NCBI GenBank assembly: GCA_951406725.2
Contig: OX597814.1
Span: 62,806,001-62,870,000 of the forward strand
Direction: 5' to 3'
DNA length: 64,000 nucleotides
DNA from: Octopus vulgaris
Lineage: Eukaryota
Shown: positions 54,310 to 64,000 of the stretch, piece by piece
Layout of the letters: the number at the start of each line of letters is the position of its first letter
Numbering within the stretch: the stretch's first letter is position 1
Made by a program: the position numbers and the translations under genes
The notes under the pieces: generated by a model
The model's database searches: none
What the model saw: only the letters and a program-made list of their open reading frames with translations
What the model was told of the DNA's origin: nothing

Positions 54310-54600
54310 GTTGCACACAGTTTCCGTCTATCAGTGGTTCTCAACCATTTTTTGTCTGTGTATTGTACAAGTCCAAGCAATTTATTGCACATAAAATTTA
54401 AAAAGAAAATGTTATATAGATCCCCATGGATCATATGGTCCTTGGTTGGGAACCTCTCACCTACCTGCTTCATTCACAAACCATTGTTTAACCTAGGGCT
54501 ATAGTAGAAGTCACTTGCTTAAGGCACCGCGCTGTAGGATTGAACTCCAAATTACGTGGTGCCAAAGAGAGCTTCTTAACTTCATAGCGATGCCTGCACC
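54310..54600 (-). mobile_element. SINE family A 5' half interrupted by a hAT-like MITE (54332-54458)
   Basis: CAGTTTCCGTCTA | CAGTGGTTCTCAACC...GGTTGGGAACCTCT | ...GGCTATAGTAGAAG.CACTTGC. Confidence 0.6.
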
Positions 54601-54686
54601 TATGTATATATAAATATACGAACAGACACATTCGTAATTATATATATAAGCAATAATACACACAATCACACATATGTACACACGCA

Positions 54687-54735
<49 letters not shown>

Positions 54736-56829
54736 ACACACACACACGTATATAAATATAAACATTGTTTCTCTTTCCTTCAATTTTACTTTGCTTTATT
54801 CTAAATTCTGCATTGATTTTAGACTCAAGTTATTTTTCATCTCTTTCTGTTCATGTCATATCTAAATCTTTTCTTCAGTGTCGTTAATTTCTATTTCGTA
54901 TCTTATTGTTCCCTCACACACAAACACGCATTCTTTATGTTTTCAACAGTTTTATGCGAATTTCTACTGCACCACCAGATGCCACCTAGCACTCCCGAGG
55001 CTCATGAAGCATGATCTTTCGATATATTTGCAGGCTGTATCTTTTGTTTTGTTTGTTGTATAGTTTTTATTGTTATTTCTCGTGATAATAGTGTTTTGTC
55101 AGGTTGTTCTGTAAACTGAAAGCTGTGCGTGTTGCTTTACTTCAAATGTTGATTGAGCAAAATATGAGGCTTGGGTGTTAATGATGGTATGTGGGATGTT
55201 TCATAGCGTCGGTTGTCCATTTTACAAGAGTAAGTACTGTGTTATTTGGGTGGTAATTTGTTTCCAGCTGTTGATTCTCAAACACTGTTCCATGGATTTC
55301 TAATGTTCCATGGCTTAGTAAATATAGAAAATGCCAGTCTAGAAAATTTAAAAAAATACTAATACGTTAGTATCTTGAAATGCGTGCTGTTTATATTTTG
55401 TTATACACAAGTGTGAAGTAAGATACTCAAACGTTTTCTATATTTTTTTCCAAATTTTTACATTTAAAGAAAAATATTTTTAAACTTTGCATGTGAGGTG
55501 CGTCTGCAATTCTTTTATTTAATCACCAATGCTCCAGTAACAAAAAAAAACCCCCAAAAAACTATAAGAAGCGCTATTGTTGGGTATTTATTCGTATGAG
55601 TTGTTTAATTATTGGGTGGAGATTAAGTAGAATATATGTTAATTGTCGTTTAGAGAGGGTACTGGGTGAATTGCTCTTTTGAATTGAAGGTGTTTTACGT
55701 AGAATGTGGGCTGTATCTAACAGGATTATTTATTTGTTTTTGAGTCGAGTGTTGAAAGCTAAGTTATGGTATGTTTTTTTTTTCTCAAGTTGATTCTCTG
55801 TTCAGGCCAGGAGTCGCTAGAGCTTCGTGCAAAATGTCATAGTATATTTAACTAAAAAAATTGCGTTCTGTGTTGAAACCTCATTGAAATGAGTTCATCT
55901 TCCCTTCTCTGGGTTCCGTAAAAATTAAGTTTTAGTCATATTTTGTGAGAAAAGTGTGGATGGCTGATAGGATATGTAGTAGAGACTCGACCGAACGTGA
56001 AGTCAATGCTTCGTATCTTGTCCTTGGCATTGTGTTTCATTCAAAAAGTTCAGTCCACCTAGTTGTAAATTAGTCCACAGGAATTCGGCAAGTGCGGTGA
56101 TGTGTGCCTCGCTAACCGAAAAGTGTTTATTGGAATAATTAATATAATTAAAAAGTTAATTGCGAATAATTATTCAACAAAATGATTATATTTGTATTTG
56201 ACTAAGAGTGACGTTTGTTCAGCACATAATTATTCATATTAACTTTTTAATGCTTACCTCACTGAATATGTTAATAAAAAAAACTTAACTAGTATTTTTC
56301 CAAGTAGATGTCTCTGAGTTACTCAACTCTGTATGATAATAACCCACCTTTTCAAACAGCGTCAATAAACACTGTTGAATCGGGGATTCACTTGCGCTTG
56401 TTAAAAAATTTGCTTCGATTGTATCTGAGTGTGATACTGGAAAAGATTTATCTCTTGCTCATTGAAGTCATGAAAACTGAAGATGCATACCAGGCTGTAT
56501 TGTTTGTTGGAAATAGAAAGAAAAAGGATTATTTTTAAGTATGTATTGAGGTCGAACGATTTGGTCCACTATACTCCATCTCTACTGCGTATTTAAGAGT
56601 GAACTCAGGAAACTCTACATGGTCACATATCCCACTGGAACAGCAGTTCCCAAATGTTTCACAATCTCAAATATTTTTGCCAAATAAATAATTCTCTATT
56701 GCTTAATAATGAAACAAAAACACTTTCACAGTGTTTTATTAAGGTTTAGTACTTCTGTTAATAGTCAATGTTCCGTAGTCCTAATGCCTGTCTACAATTA
56801 ATTTATAACATATTTAAAGGCCATTGACC

Positions 56830-57035
56830 TTTAGAATCGTTAGCATGCCGGACAAAATTCTTAGTGACATTTCTTCCGACTCTTTACGTACTAAGCTCAA
56901 ATCCCGCAGTGGTCGAATTTGCGTTTCATACTTTCGAGATAGATGAAATAAAGTAGCAGTTAAATATCGGGGTTGATGTAATCAACTAGCCTCTCCCACC
57001 AAATCTCAGGACTCGTGCCTATATTAGAAAGGATT
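56830..57035 (+). mobile_element. SINE family B (diverged)
   Basis: AGAATCGTTAGCATGCCGG...GGGGTTGATGTAATC...GTGCCTATATTAGAAAGG. Confidence 0.7.
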
Positions 57036-57369
57036 ATAATATACTAAAAAATCCATTTTTACATTTTATCAAAGATTCCAAATATATCATCTTTTTTCAT
57101 TTGCGACACTTTCAGATGAAAATCACCGCCAAATTTCGAGTGTGTGTCATAGGCGGGTAATCACTGTAATAGAAATATCAGATAAAATTTCCTCTGATTT
57201 CACACTGTTTACCTTCTACTCTTTTAAAGCTTACATAGCCAACAACCACAACAACAACAACAACAACAGCAGCAGCAGCAGCAGCAACAACAACAACAAC
57301 AACAACAACAGCAACAACAAAAATAACAATAACAACATATTTAAGCGAATTCAGTAGAACATGTTTCGT

Positions 57370-58134
57370 TTTTGTATTTGGTTTGCAAGATTCTTTATGT
57401 GAATTCGTGTGCTGAAGCATATTTTATTGTGTCTAGGGAGTGTCATTCTCTTTTAGTCCCTTATAATTTAATAAACTTACCGGACTGATTTCCTTTCATT
57501 TACTTCATTTTTACTAAAAGTTTTCGTTGCGTTTTGCAACCTTTTCAAAGTCATTGACTCTAAGAAATATACATAGAAGGTGTCATACCACAATACCTAA
57601 AGTTTATATGGGCACACAAACCCATACACAGACACATACAAACATATATACACAAGAAGACAGAAGTACACTCACAAATACACACACACATATACAGTCA
57701 CACATATACGTACACATACACACAAACACAAACATAAACACAGACACACACATGTACACAAAGACACACACAAACATGAACACATATGCTCATGGATATG
57801 CAGAATACATACCAAAATACAAGCGTGCACACATGCATACATATATATATATATGCATGCACACATACATGTTACACAGATACATGCCGGGTACATACAT
57901 ACAAGCGTGCACGCATGCATACATACACATATATATGCATACACACACGCATACATGCATACACACATTCATACATAGATATATACATGCATACATATAT
58001 GTATGCGCAGACAAAAAAGAACGCAACGAAAATTTTAGTAAAACTAATTAAATAAATGAGTGGAAATCAGACCGGTGAGTGACTTTAATTAATAAGGGAC
58101 TAAAAGAGAATGACTCTCCCCAGACACAATAAAA
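57370..58134. repeat. Two diverged inverted copies of a PLE-like terminus (57422-57533 versus 58020-58134)
   Basis: TTTTATTGTGTCT.GGGAG.GTCATTCTCTTTTAGTCCCTTAT ... TTTTCGTTGCGTT and its reverse complement. GCAAGATT.TTTATGTGAA.TCGTGTG.TGAA is also shared with 60700-60730 (minus strand). Confidence 0.65.
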
Positions 58135-58471
58135 GAGAACATATGTTCTTTTAAAATTGGACCGCTACAAAACTACAATAAAGTCTGTTTTACCATACGT
58201 TTTAATTTAAAAAAAGTAAAAAAGAAGCCAACTGGAAGATGAGTACAATTGAGAAATACAAAGATGCAAACAAATATTAAAAAAAGAGCAAGTATCATTC
58301 GTTTACATGTATAAAAACTGTTGCATATTATTCCTGTAATGAAAGAAAATAAATGACCTCGTGCTGGTGGATAAACATAAGGAACTATCGCAACACAAAC
58401 ATGCAAACACTCACGCATCTCTATCTATACATTGATCATATTAATGAATGAATGTATGGAAATACATATAC

Positions 58472-58519
<48 letters not shown>

Positions 58520-58562
58520 ATATATATATACATATATATATATATGTATATATATATGTATA

Positions 58563-58613
<51 letters not shown>

Positions 58614-59050
58614 AACTACATGACATACGTGAGGTTGGAAGAAAAACGCTTTATTAAAATGTTCAAACCTGTTCTCAAAGGAAATAACAACTATAATATA
58701 ACAACCAGTTAATGATGTGGATTAAAAGATATCTCTAGCATATAAATATAAACAAGTTACAGAATATCGGTACGCCTGTCAAACCGTTATGTTTAAGCTG
58801 CGTGCAGATTGGTAAAAATACAAAAAAAAAAAATTCTAAAAATTCAGTTTGTTGGAGCGTTCTAAGAGGTACCAAAGTTGACAAGAACTCAACTGTCGGT
58901 TAAACACATTTGAAATTTGATGATTAGACTATGTATGAAAGCGCTAATTTAACTTTATGAGCATTACAAAATATTTTTTAACGTTAAACTAGTATAATGA
59001 AAAACGTGAAAAGCACTCCATGTTTTAACTTTATTCAATCGATATATGTA

Positions 59051-59108
<58 letters not shown>

Positions 59109-59112
<4 letters not shown>

Positions 59113-60154
59113 ATATTTCGGAATGGTCATATTGCCAGTTTAGCCAATAAAAACACACGCACTATATATTTGGTGTTATTTTGCTTCAGTGATATTTATT
59201 TTTTACATTAATCTTAATCTTATTTCGGCCAAAGTTCTTTCGTCACACTCCTGTGACCGCATCAGTGGTCCTTTGTTTTCTTCTCACTTACTTGTGTCTC
59301 TCCTTACTAACCGTCAGCCATTTTGTATTTCTATTGTATGTCTTCATTTGCGCATGCTTATATCTCTATGTGCGTCTATGTTTATTTAGTGTGTGTGTGG
59401 GGGGGATGTCTGTAATATTTGTATCTTCTGGTTATATACATTCTTGTAATTTGTATTTTGTTTTTGTTGTTGTTGCTTTTGTTCTAATTTTGTTCATGTG
59501 TTTACATCCACCCATTATTATCATTACATATGCTTGTATGTATGTATAACAACAATATTAGTAATAATAATAATAAATCTAATCGAGAAAAAAAAAAAAA
59601 AAAGAATATACATATACATATATATATATATATACATACACATACATATACATATATATATATACATATATACACACATATATACACATATACATATACA
59701 TATATATACACATATACATACACATAGATATTCATTTCTATTTCTTTAATTACCTGTGTATTTATTATGTTTGCAGGATCCACTATTGTCATATGTTGTG
59801 GTGTGCGCTATTGCTCCATTCTAGTTTTCTATTCAGGCTAGGTTTATTTTCTATTATATGTGTAGCTTCTGTAATTTGTCTAATTGTTGCATCTGTTCTA
59901 TGTGTGGACAATATCTTAATCTCTATGTTATTGATTGATCCCCCGTGTTCTTGTTCGGCGTGTTGGTACAGAATCGATGAGCTTTTACCTTCCTTGAGTT
60001 GTCTCCAATGTTCATTCACCCGCTCACCAATGCTTCTTGCAGTTTCCCCTACGTATGTTACTGTCTTGTTACTGCATCGTCCCTCTATACATCTTATACT
60101 ATAGCCCACATTTCTGGCTTTACAGTTCGTTTGTGGGCTAAATCTACATACAGT
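59109..60154 (-). mobile_element. 5'-truncated Penelope-like element: GIY-YIG C-terminus, 3' UTR, hammerhead-like motif and terminus
   Basis: [19 protein letters not shown]...[16 protein letters not shown]...SILYQH..QEH...[18 protein letters not shown] matches the PLE GIY-YIG pattern. The terminus at 59109-59148 abuts (TA)n and has a perfect inverted copy at 60650-60689. Confidence 0.88.
59227..59271 (-). ncRNA. Variant minimal hammerhead ribozyme-like motif in PLE terminus
   Basis: Minus strand reads GGACCA-CTGATGCG-GTCACA(GGAG)TGTGAC-GAAAGAACTT-TGGCC. Stem II is clear, but the core deviates (CTGATGC rather than CTGANGA). Confidence 0.45.
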
Positions 60155-60649
60155 GCTGGATTTCTCTTTAGTCTTCAAGTTGAATGTCCATACAAATGTT
60201 GGGCCTCGTTGCTTAGTTTTGTACACAGGACACTGATAAATATTCTTTGTTTCTTGTCTATCTACTGGAATAGCTTTGAGGAAAACAATTGGCAACATAG
60301 GTGTGAGTTCTTTCAATAGAGACTCCCCAATCATCCCAGTTTGTGTGTCCCATCTGGCTCCTTCCATAAAAAGGCCATGTATAAATGCTCCTTCCCTAGG
60401 AGGTCCAGCCATGTCATCACGACATTTCTTAGTGACATCACATTGAATACACATTTTATCTAGAGGCCATTCATTTTTACGAGCCATCTGTTGCATAATT
60501 GCAGTAAGAAAAGATTGGGGGTTAAAGAATCCAGCCAACCAAACAGCAGCTGGTAGCTGAAAATCAGAAACCCAACCTTCTAGTTCTTTAACACGTTGGA
60601 TTAGATCTGCATACCAAGCAGTCAAAGTATATAAAGAAGGGTATGCACG
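59789..60649 (-). CDS. Chimeric open reading frame: axonemal dynein heavy chain C-terminal domain fused in frame to a Penelope-like GIY-YIG endonuclease (expression unknown)
   Basis: Part of ORF 59789..60787, with no stop across both segments. The ORF-track start is a GTG next to a (TA)n tract; the first in-frame ATG is at 60496 (MQQMARK..., 235 aa to the stop). Confidence 0.6.
   Translation of the reverse strand, partial: RAYPSLYTLTAWYADLIQRVKELEGWVSDFQLPAAVWLAGFFNPQSFLTAIMQQMARKNEWPLDKMCIQCDVTKKCRDDMAGPPREGAFIHGLFMEGARWDTQTGMIGESLLKELTPMLPIVFLKAIPVDRQETKNIYQCPVYKTKQRGPTFVWTFNLKTKEKSSTVCRFSPQTNCKARNVGYSIRCIEGRCSNKTVTYVGETARSIGERVNEHWRQLKEGKSSSILYQHAEQEHGGSINNIEIKILSTHRTDATIRQITEATHIIENKPSLNRKLEWSNSAHHNI
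60155..60649 (-). pseudogene. Processed fragment of an outer-arm (beta-type, DNAH9/11/17-like) dynein heavy chain C-terminal domain
   Basis: [50 protein letters not shown]...CDVTKK...[18 protein letters not shown]...LKEL.P..P...[32 protein letters not shown] is diagnostic of this family. The usual terminal W.LAGVALLL motif is missing, and no introns are present. Confidence 0.9.
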
Positions 60650-60746
60650 ATTGGCTAAACTGGCAATATGACCATTCCGAAATATAACAATATCTGTTTC
60701 AACACACGACTTCACATAAAAAATCTTGCACAACAAATATTTAAAC

Positions 60747-60786
<40 letters not shown>

Positions 60787-60811
60787 CATGCTGGACCGCT
60801 GAAATTTACAA

Positions 60812-60980
60812 GTTGTTTTCATTCTCTCTCTGTGTTTATTTTCCCTTATTACTTTCTGCTGAAGAGCGTAGGCTCAAAACGTATATGATATTTTCATTTT
60901 TCGCAAGGGTCAAACTAATACACTTACTTGTTGTTCATATATCTGTCTTCGACTTTTGTTTTTCCTATAGATTTCAACTA
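60812..60980 (+). mobile_element. PLE terminal fragment with degenerate hammerhead, inverted relative to 61055-61217
   Basis: CTGAAGAGCGTAGGCTCAAAACGTA at 60859-60883. The downstream ...AAACTAATACAC...TGTCTTCG.CTTTTGTTTTT is the reverse complement of 61060-61217 and ends at (TA)n. Confidence 0.7.
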
Positions 60981-61054
60981 TATATATATATACACAGATA
61001 GATAAACATATATCATATATGATATATGTGTGTGTGTATAGGTAGATAACTAGA

Positions 61055-62165
61055 TAGATGAAATTTACAGAAAAAAACAAAAGACGAAGACAGGTGTATA
61101 AATAACAAACAGGTGTATTAGTTTAACGCTCGGGAAGGTGAGAAAATCTTTTACGTCTCGAGCCTACGCTCTTTAACAGAAAGTACCACAAGGAAATAAA
61201 CAGAGAGAGAATAAAAGAAAAAAACTTTTGGCGCTAGAGGTCAATCATGGCGGCTGGCTGGACAAAGGTAGTTAGACAGGAGAGCTCGGAAGAAGGGGAG
61301 ATAATAAAGTATTGTTGTGTGCAGGGTAGTGTGATGTAGTGTGGGGGTGTGTGGTGTGGTTTGGCACGATGTGGAGTGGTGGTGTTTGGTGTGGTGTGGC
61401 GGTGTTGGGTTATGGGGATGCGAGAGTGGGGTGTGGGGATGTGACAGTAGGGTGTAGGTTTAGGTTAGGGGTGCGGATGTGGGGGTAGGAGTGGGATGTG
61501 TAAGGGTGGATGTGAATGGAGGGGGTATCGATGAAGGTAGAAAGTAGGTAAGAGTGAAGAGAGAAAGTAGGTGTCAGGGCAAGTGAGGAGAGGTGGGCAG
61601 GAGAGAAGAGAATCGTGTGATGAAGAGAGGAGAGGTGGGGAGTCAGATGAAGAGGAGAGGGGAGTTGAGCCCATGTGGCGCAAAGGAGCGGAGAGAGAGG
61701 AGATTAATTCCTATTCACGGCGAAGGTGGGAGTCGGGATGGCCCCTGTGCAAATACAATCCGAACACAGACAGGTGTTGTAATGAATGACCGGTAGATTC
61801 GAAATGGTGCGAGACCGGGGTGTCATTGCCAAGTCTAATGTCTCGGAGGTGCTTCCGCGAAACGGTCAGCCAAACGGCGTCTCGTTTGACCGATGTACAG
61901 AAGATAGAAGAGCAGGAGATGCAGTAAATGATGTTGCTGGAAGTGAAAGAAAAGAAGCCAGTGATATGATAGGGACGATGATGGGTTCCTGTGAGGATGG
62001 TGGTTTTGGAGAAGTTGCGGGTGTGTATTTTGGAGAGACCGGAGCGAATGGTAGCGCGTTTAAAGCAGTAGGAATTAGTACGGAGTATGGGTGGGATGGC
62101 TGAAGCAAAGTGGAGAGTGGGGCGGAAATGGAAAGTATTTGATACTTACTGGAAGGTATTTGACC
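61055..62165 (-). mobile_element. Degraded Penelope-like element 3' part (GIY-YIG pseudogene about 61660-61990, C/T-rich UTR, terminus)
   Basis: Minus-strand translation with frameshifts: HRPYHITGFFSFTSSNIIYCISCS / LYIGQTRRRLADRF / HLRDIRLGNDTPVSHHF.STGHS...APHGLN. The terminus contains AAGAGCGTAGGCTCGAGACGT. Confidence 0.85.
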
Positions 62166-62914
62166 TAAATGGCATTCGAACACCAGGTCATCTTAAAACA
62201 AGCCAAGAATTTTTCTCTTTGTTTAGATGATTCAGCAAGTCTTCAATCTATCTATGTTTTGTCGTTATACATAACTCCTTCCTCTCTACTAACATTTCAA
62301 AATCTAGTGGTAATTTGCGACACAGTGTATCTTGTTGTCTTCAACAAGCCTCAACAATACAGAAAGGTATCATACTTCATTTCATCAACAGATTTACAAT
62401 TCTTTGATGCTTACTGCTAGTACAGCTCTCCTTCCCTGTTGCCTGTGTAGTACTAGTCGGATACCAGCTTAAAAGTGTGACTTAGTTTGCAAATAATACA
62501 ATTTTTCTTAAACTCCTTCCTTTTTGCCTGTAGTTTATTGTGTCTATAAAGATCAAGGTGTGAGCCTGTTCTCTATTTTTTTCAGTTGATCGACTATGGC
62601 TCGATTGATTAAATGTGATTAAACTATGGAACTAGAACCTCCCAACATTTATCGGAAACATGTGTAACTCTTGAATGTATAAAATCAATTATCTGTGTGT
62701 ATATTGCATATGACCCTGTATCAACATACCAATTTCATTTCATAACCATACTCTGAATTTACAAGTTTGGCTGGTGACAGCATGTTGAGATCAGATTACC
62801 CGGACTCCTACATCTATCACTAGACATATTTCTTAGCCTGGTATATCTTCATCTACACAGTATTTATGAAGTGTTTTTCTCTTGAACTGTTAATCCCCTT
62901 TTATTTTGAAATGT

Positions 62915-62952
<38 letters not shown>

Positions 62953-62958
62953 TTATTT

Positions 62959-63125
62959 AGGCGCAGGCGTGGCTGTGTGGTAAGAAGCTTGCTTCCCAAC
63001 CATAAGATTCGGGATTCAGTCCCATTGCATGAAAACTTGGGCCAATTTCTTTTACTATAGCCTCGGGCCGACCAAAGCCTTGTGTGTGGATTTGGTAGAC
63101 GGAAACTGAAAGAAGTCCGTCGTAT
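62959..63125 (+). mobile_element. SINE family A 5' half
   Basis: GGCGCAGGCGTGGCTGTGTGGTAAG...GGATTTGGTAGACGGAAACTGAAAGAAG. Confidence 0.85.
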
Positions 63126-64000
63126 TTATGTAAGTATGCATGTATGTATGTATGTATTTATGTATGTATGTATGTATGTATGTATGTATGTATGTATGTA
63201 TGTATGTATGTATGTTTGTATGTTTGTATGTTTGTATGTTTGTATGTGTATGTATGTGTATGTATGTGTATGTGTGTGTCACTATGAAGTAAAATATGAA
63301 GTAAAATAAATCACAATACTTAGAAACACACATCAAATAAACTTCTGGTATTTGTAAAGCTTTTTCAACTAGAATTAACTAAATACAGTTAGTTGCACAA
63401 AGCAGTGTTCAATAATACAATGATATTTAACATATTCATGTACACTTGATCCTTACATATCACAGCTGTCGTTCTAATAGGAATTTATTAACTTGCTAAT
63501 AGCTATCCATGCTGCAAAAAACTATGCTTTATCCGTTAATCAGTATAATATGAGCCGGCTCGTCACATCTAAAGCATATAGTGACGGCCGTAAGTGCAAA
63601 TCAAAGCCACTAGTAACTGCCTACTTAATGGTTATTTCCTGATATAATAGTTGTTTATAGGGCAATAGTTGTTTATAGGCCCAGATCGAAAATAGCTGTA
63701 CATATAAAACTTAAATTGGATATACAGAAATCAGCTTCAAAATGAAATTTTATCTGCGCAAAAATTCTTTCAAATTTCTCGGAATTTAAATAACAAAACA
63801 TGTATAGCAGTTAGAAGAAATTGGTTCTATCCTTTTCAAATACCCAGTGGTCTCTTTTGGAAAAAAGAAGCCCAAAAAGGTATGGATCCTGTCAACATTC
63901 TATAAAATGCTTATTGCGCTTAAGAGAAAATACTTTATCCTGTTTCAAGTTAAATCTGCCTTGAACCGGAAATATGAACTATTCATAAGTATTCTTCTAA

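Noticed and set aside
60155-60649. Dynein segment as a genuine exon of a resident dynein gene
   Set aside because: No other dynein exon, including the terminal W.LAGVALLL, is visible in the window, and both edges join directly to PLE sequence. This reading is disfavoured but not fully excluded, because splice-like signals exist.
60650-60787. N-terminal 46 aa of ORF 59789..60787
   Set aside because: It has a GTG start, (TA)n-derived IY repeats and inverted PLE terminus sequence, so it is not a credible eukaryotic N-terminus.
62170-62860. Possible Copia protease (WYVDTGS on the minus strand) or DNA-transposon relic
   Set aside because: Only a short motif amid stops, which is insufficient support.

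Overview
AT-rich, extremely microsatellite-dense eukaryotic DNA. The repeat families (tRNA-derived SINEs, Penelope-like termini, (TA)n/(TAA)n/(CTAT)n tracts) look like a coleoid cephalopod, most likely Octopus; this is an inference. I could not support any intact host gene, and almost all ORFs in the track are translated microsatellites. Recognisable content: a non-autonomous LTR element with a tRNA-Trp primer-binding site (1.2-4.4 kb); Penelope-like element (PLE) fragments with GIY-YIG remnants and minimal hammerhead ribozyme motifs; R4/Dong-type restriction-like endonuclease (REL) tails in (TAA)n; Tc1/mariner relics including a DD41D rosa-type transposase; a Helitron helicase pseudogene and a complete non-autonomous Helitron; hAT, piggyBac-like and pogo-like MITEs; and many SINEs. 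The standout is 59109-60750 (- strand), where a PLE insertion bounded by a perfect 40-bp inverted repeat carries an intron-free 165-codon piece of an axonemal outer-arm dynein heavy chain C-terminus. That piece is fused in frame, without stops, to the PLE GIY-YIG endonuclease and followed by a hammerhead-like motif, which suggests host-mRNA capture by a Penelope-like element.
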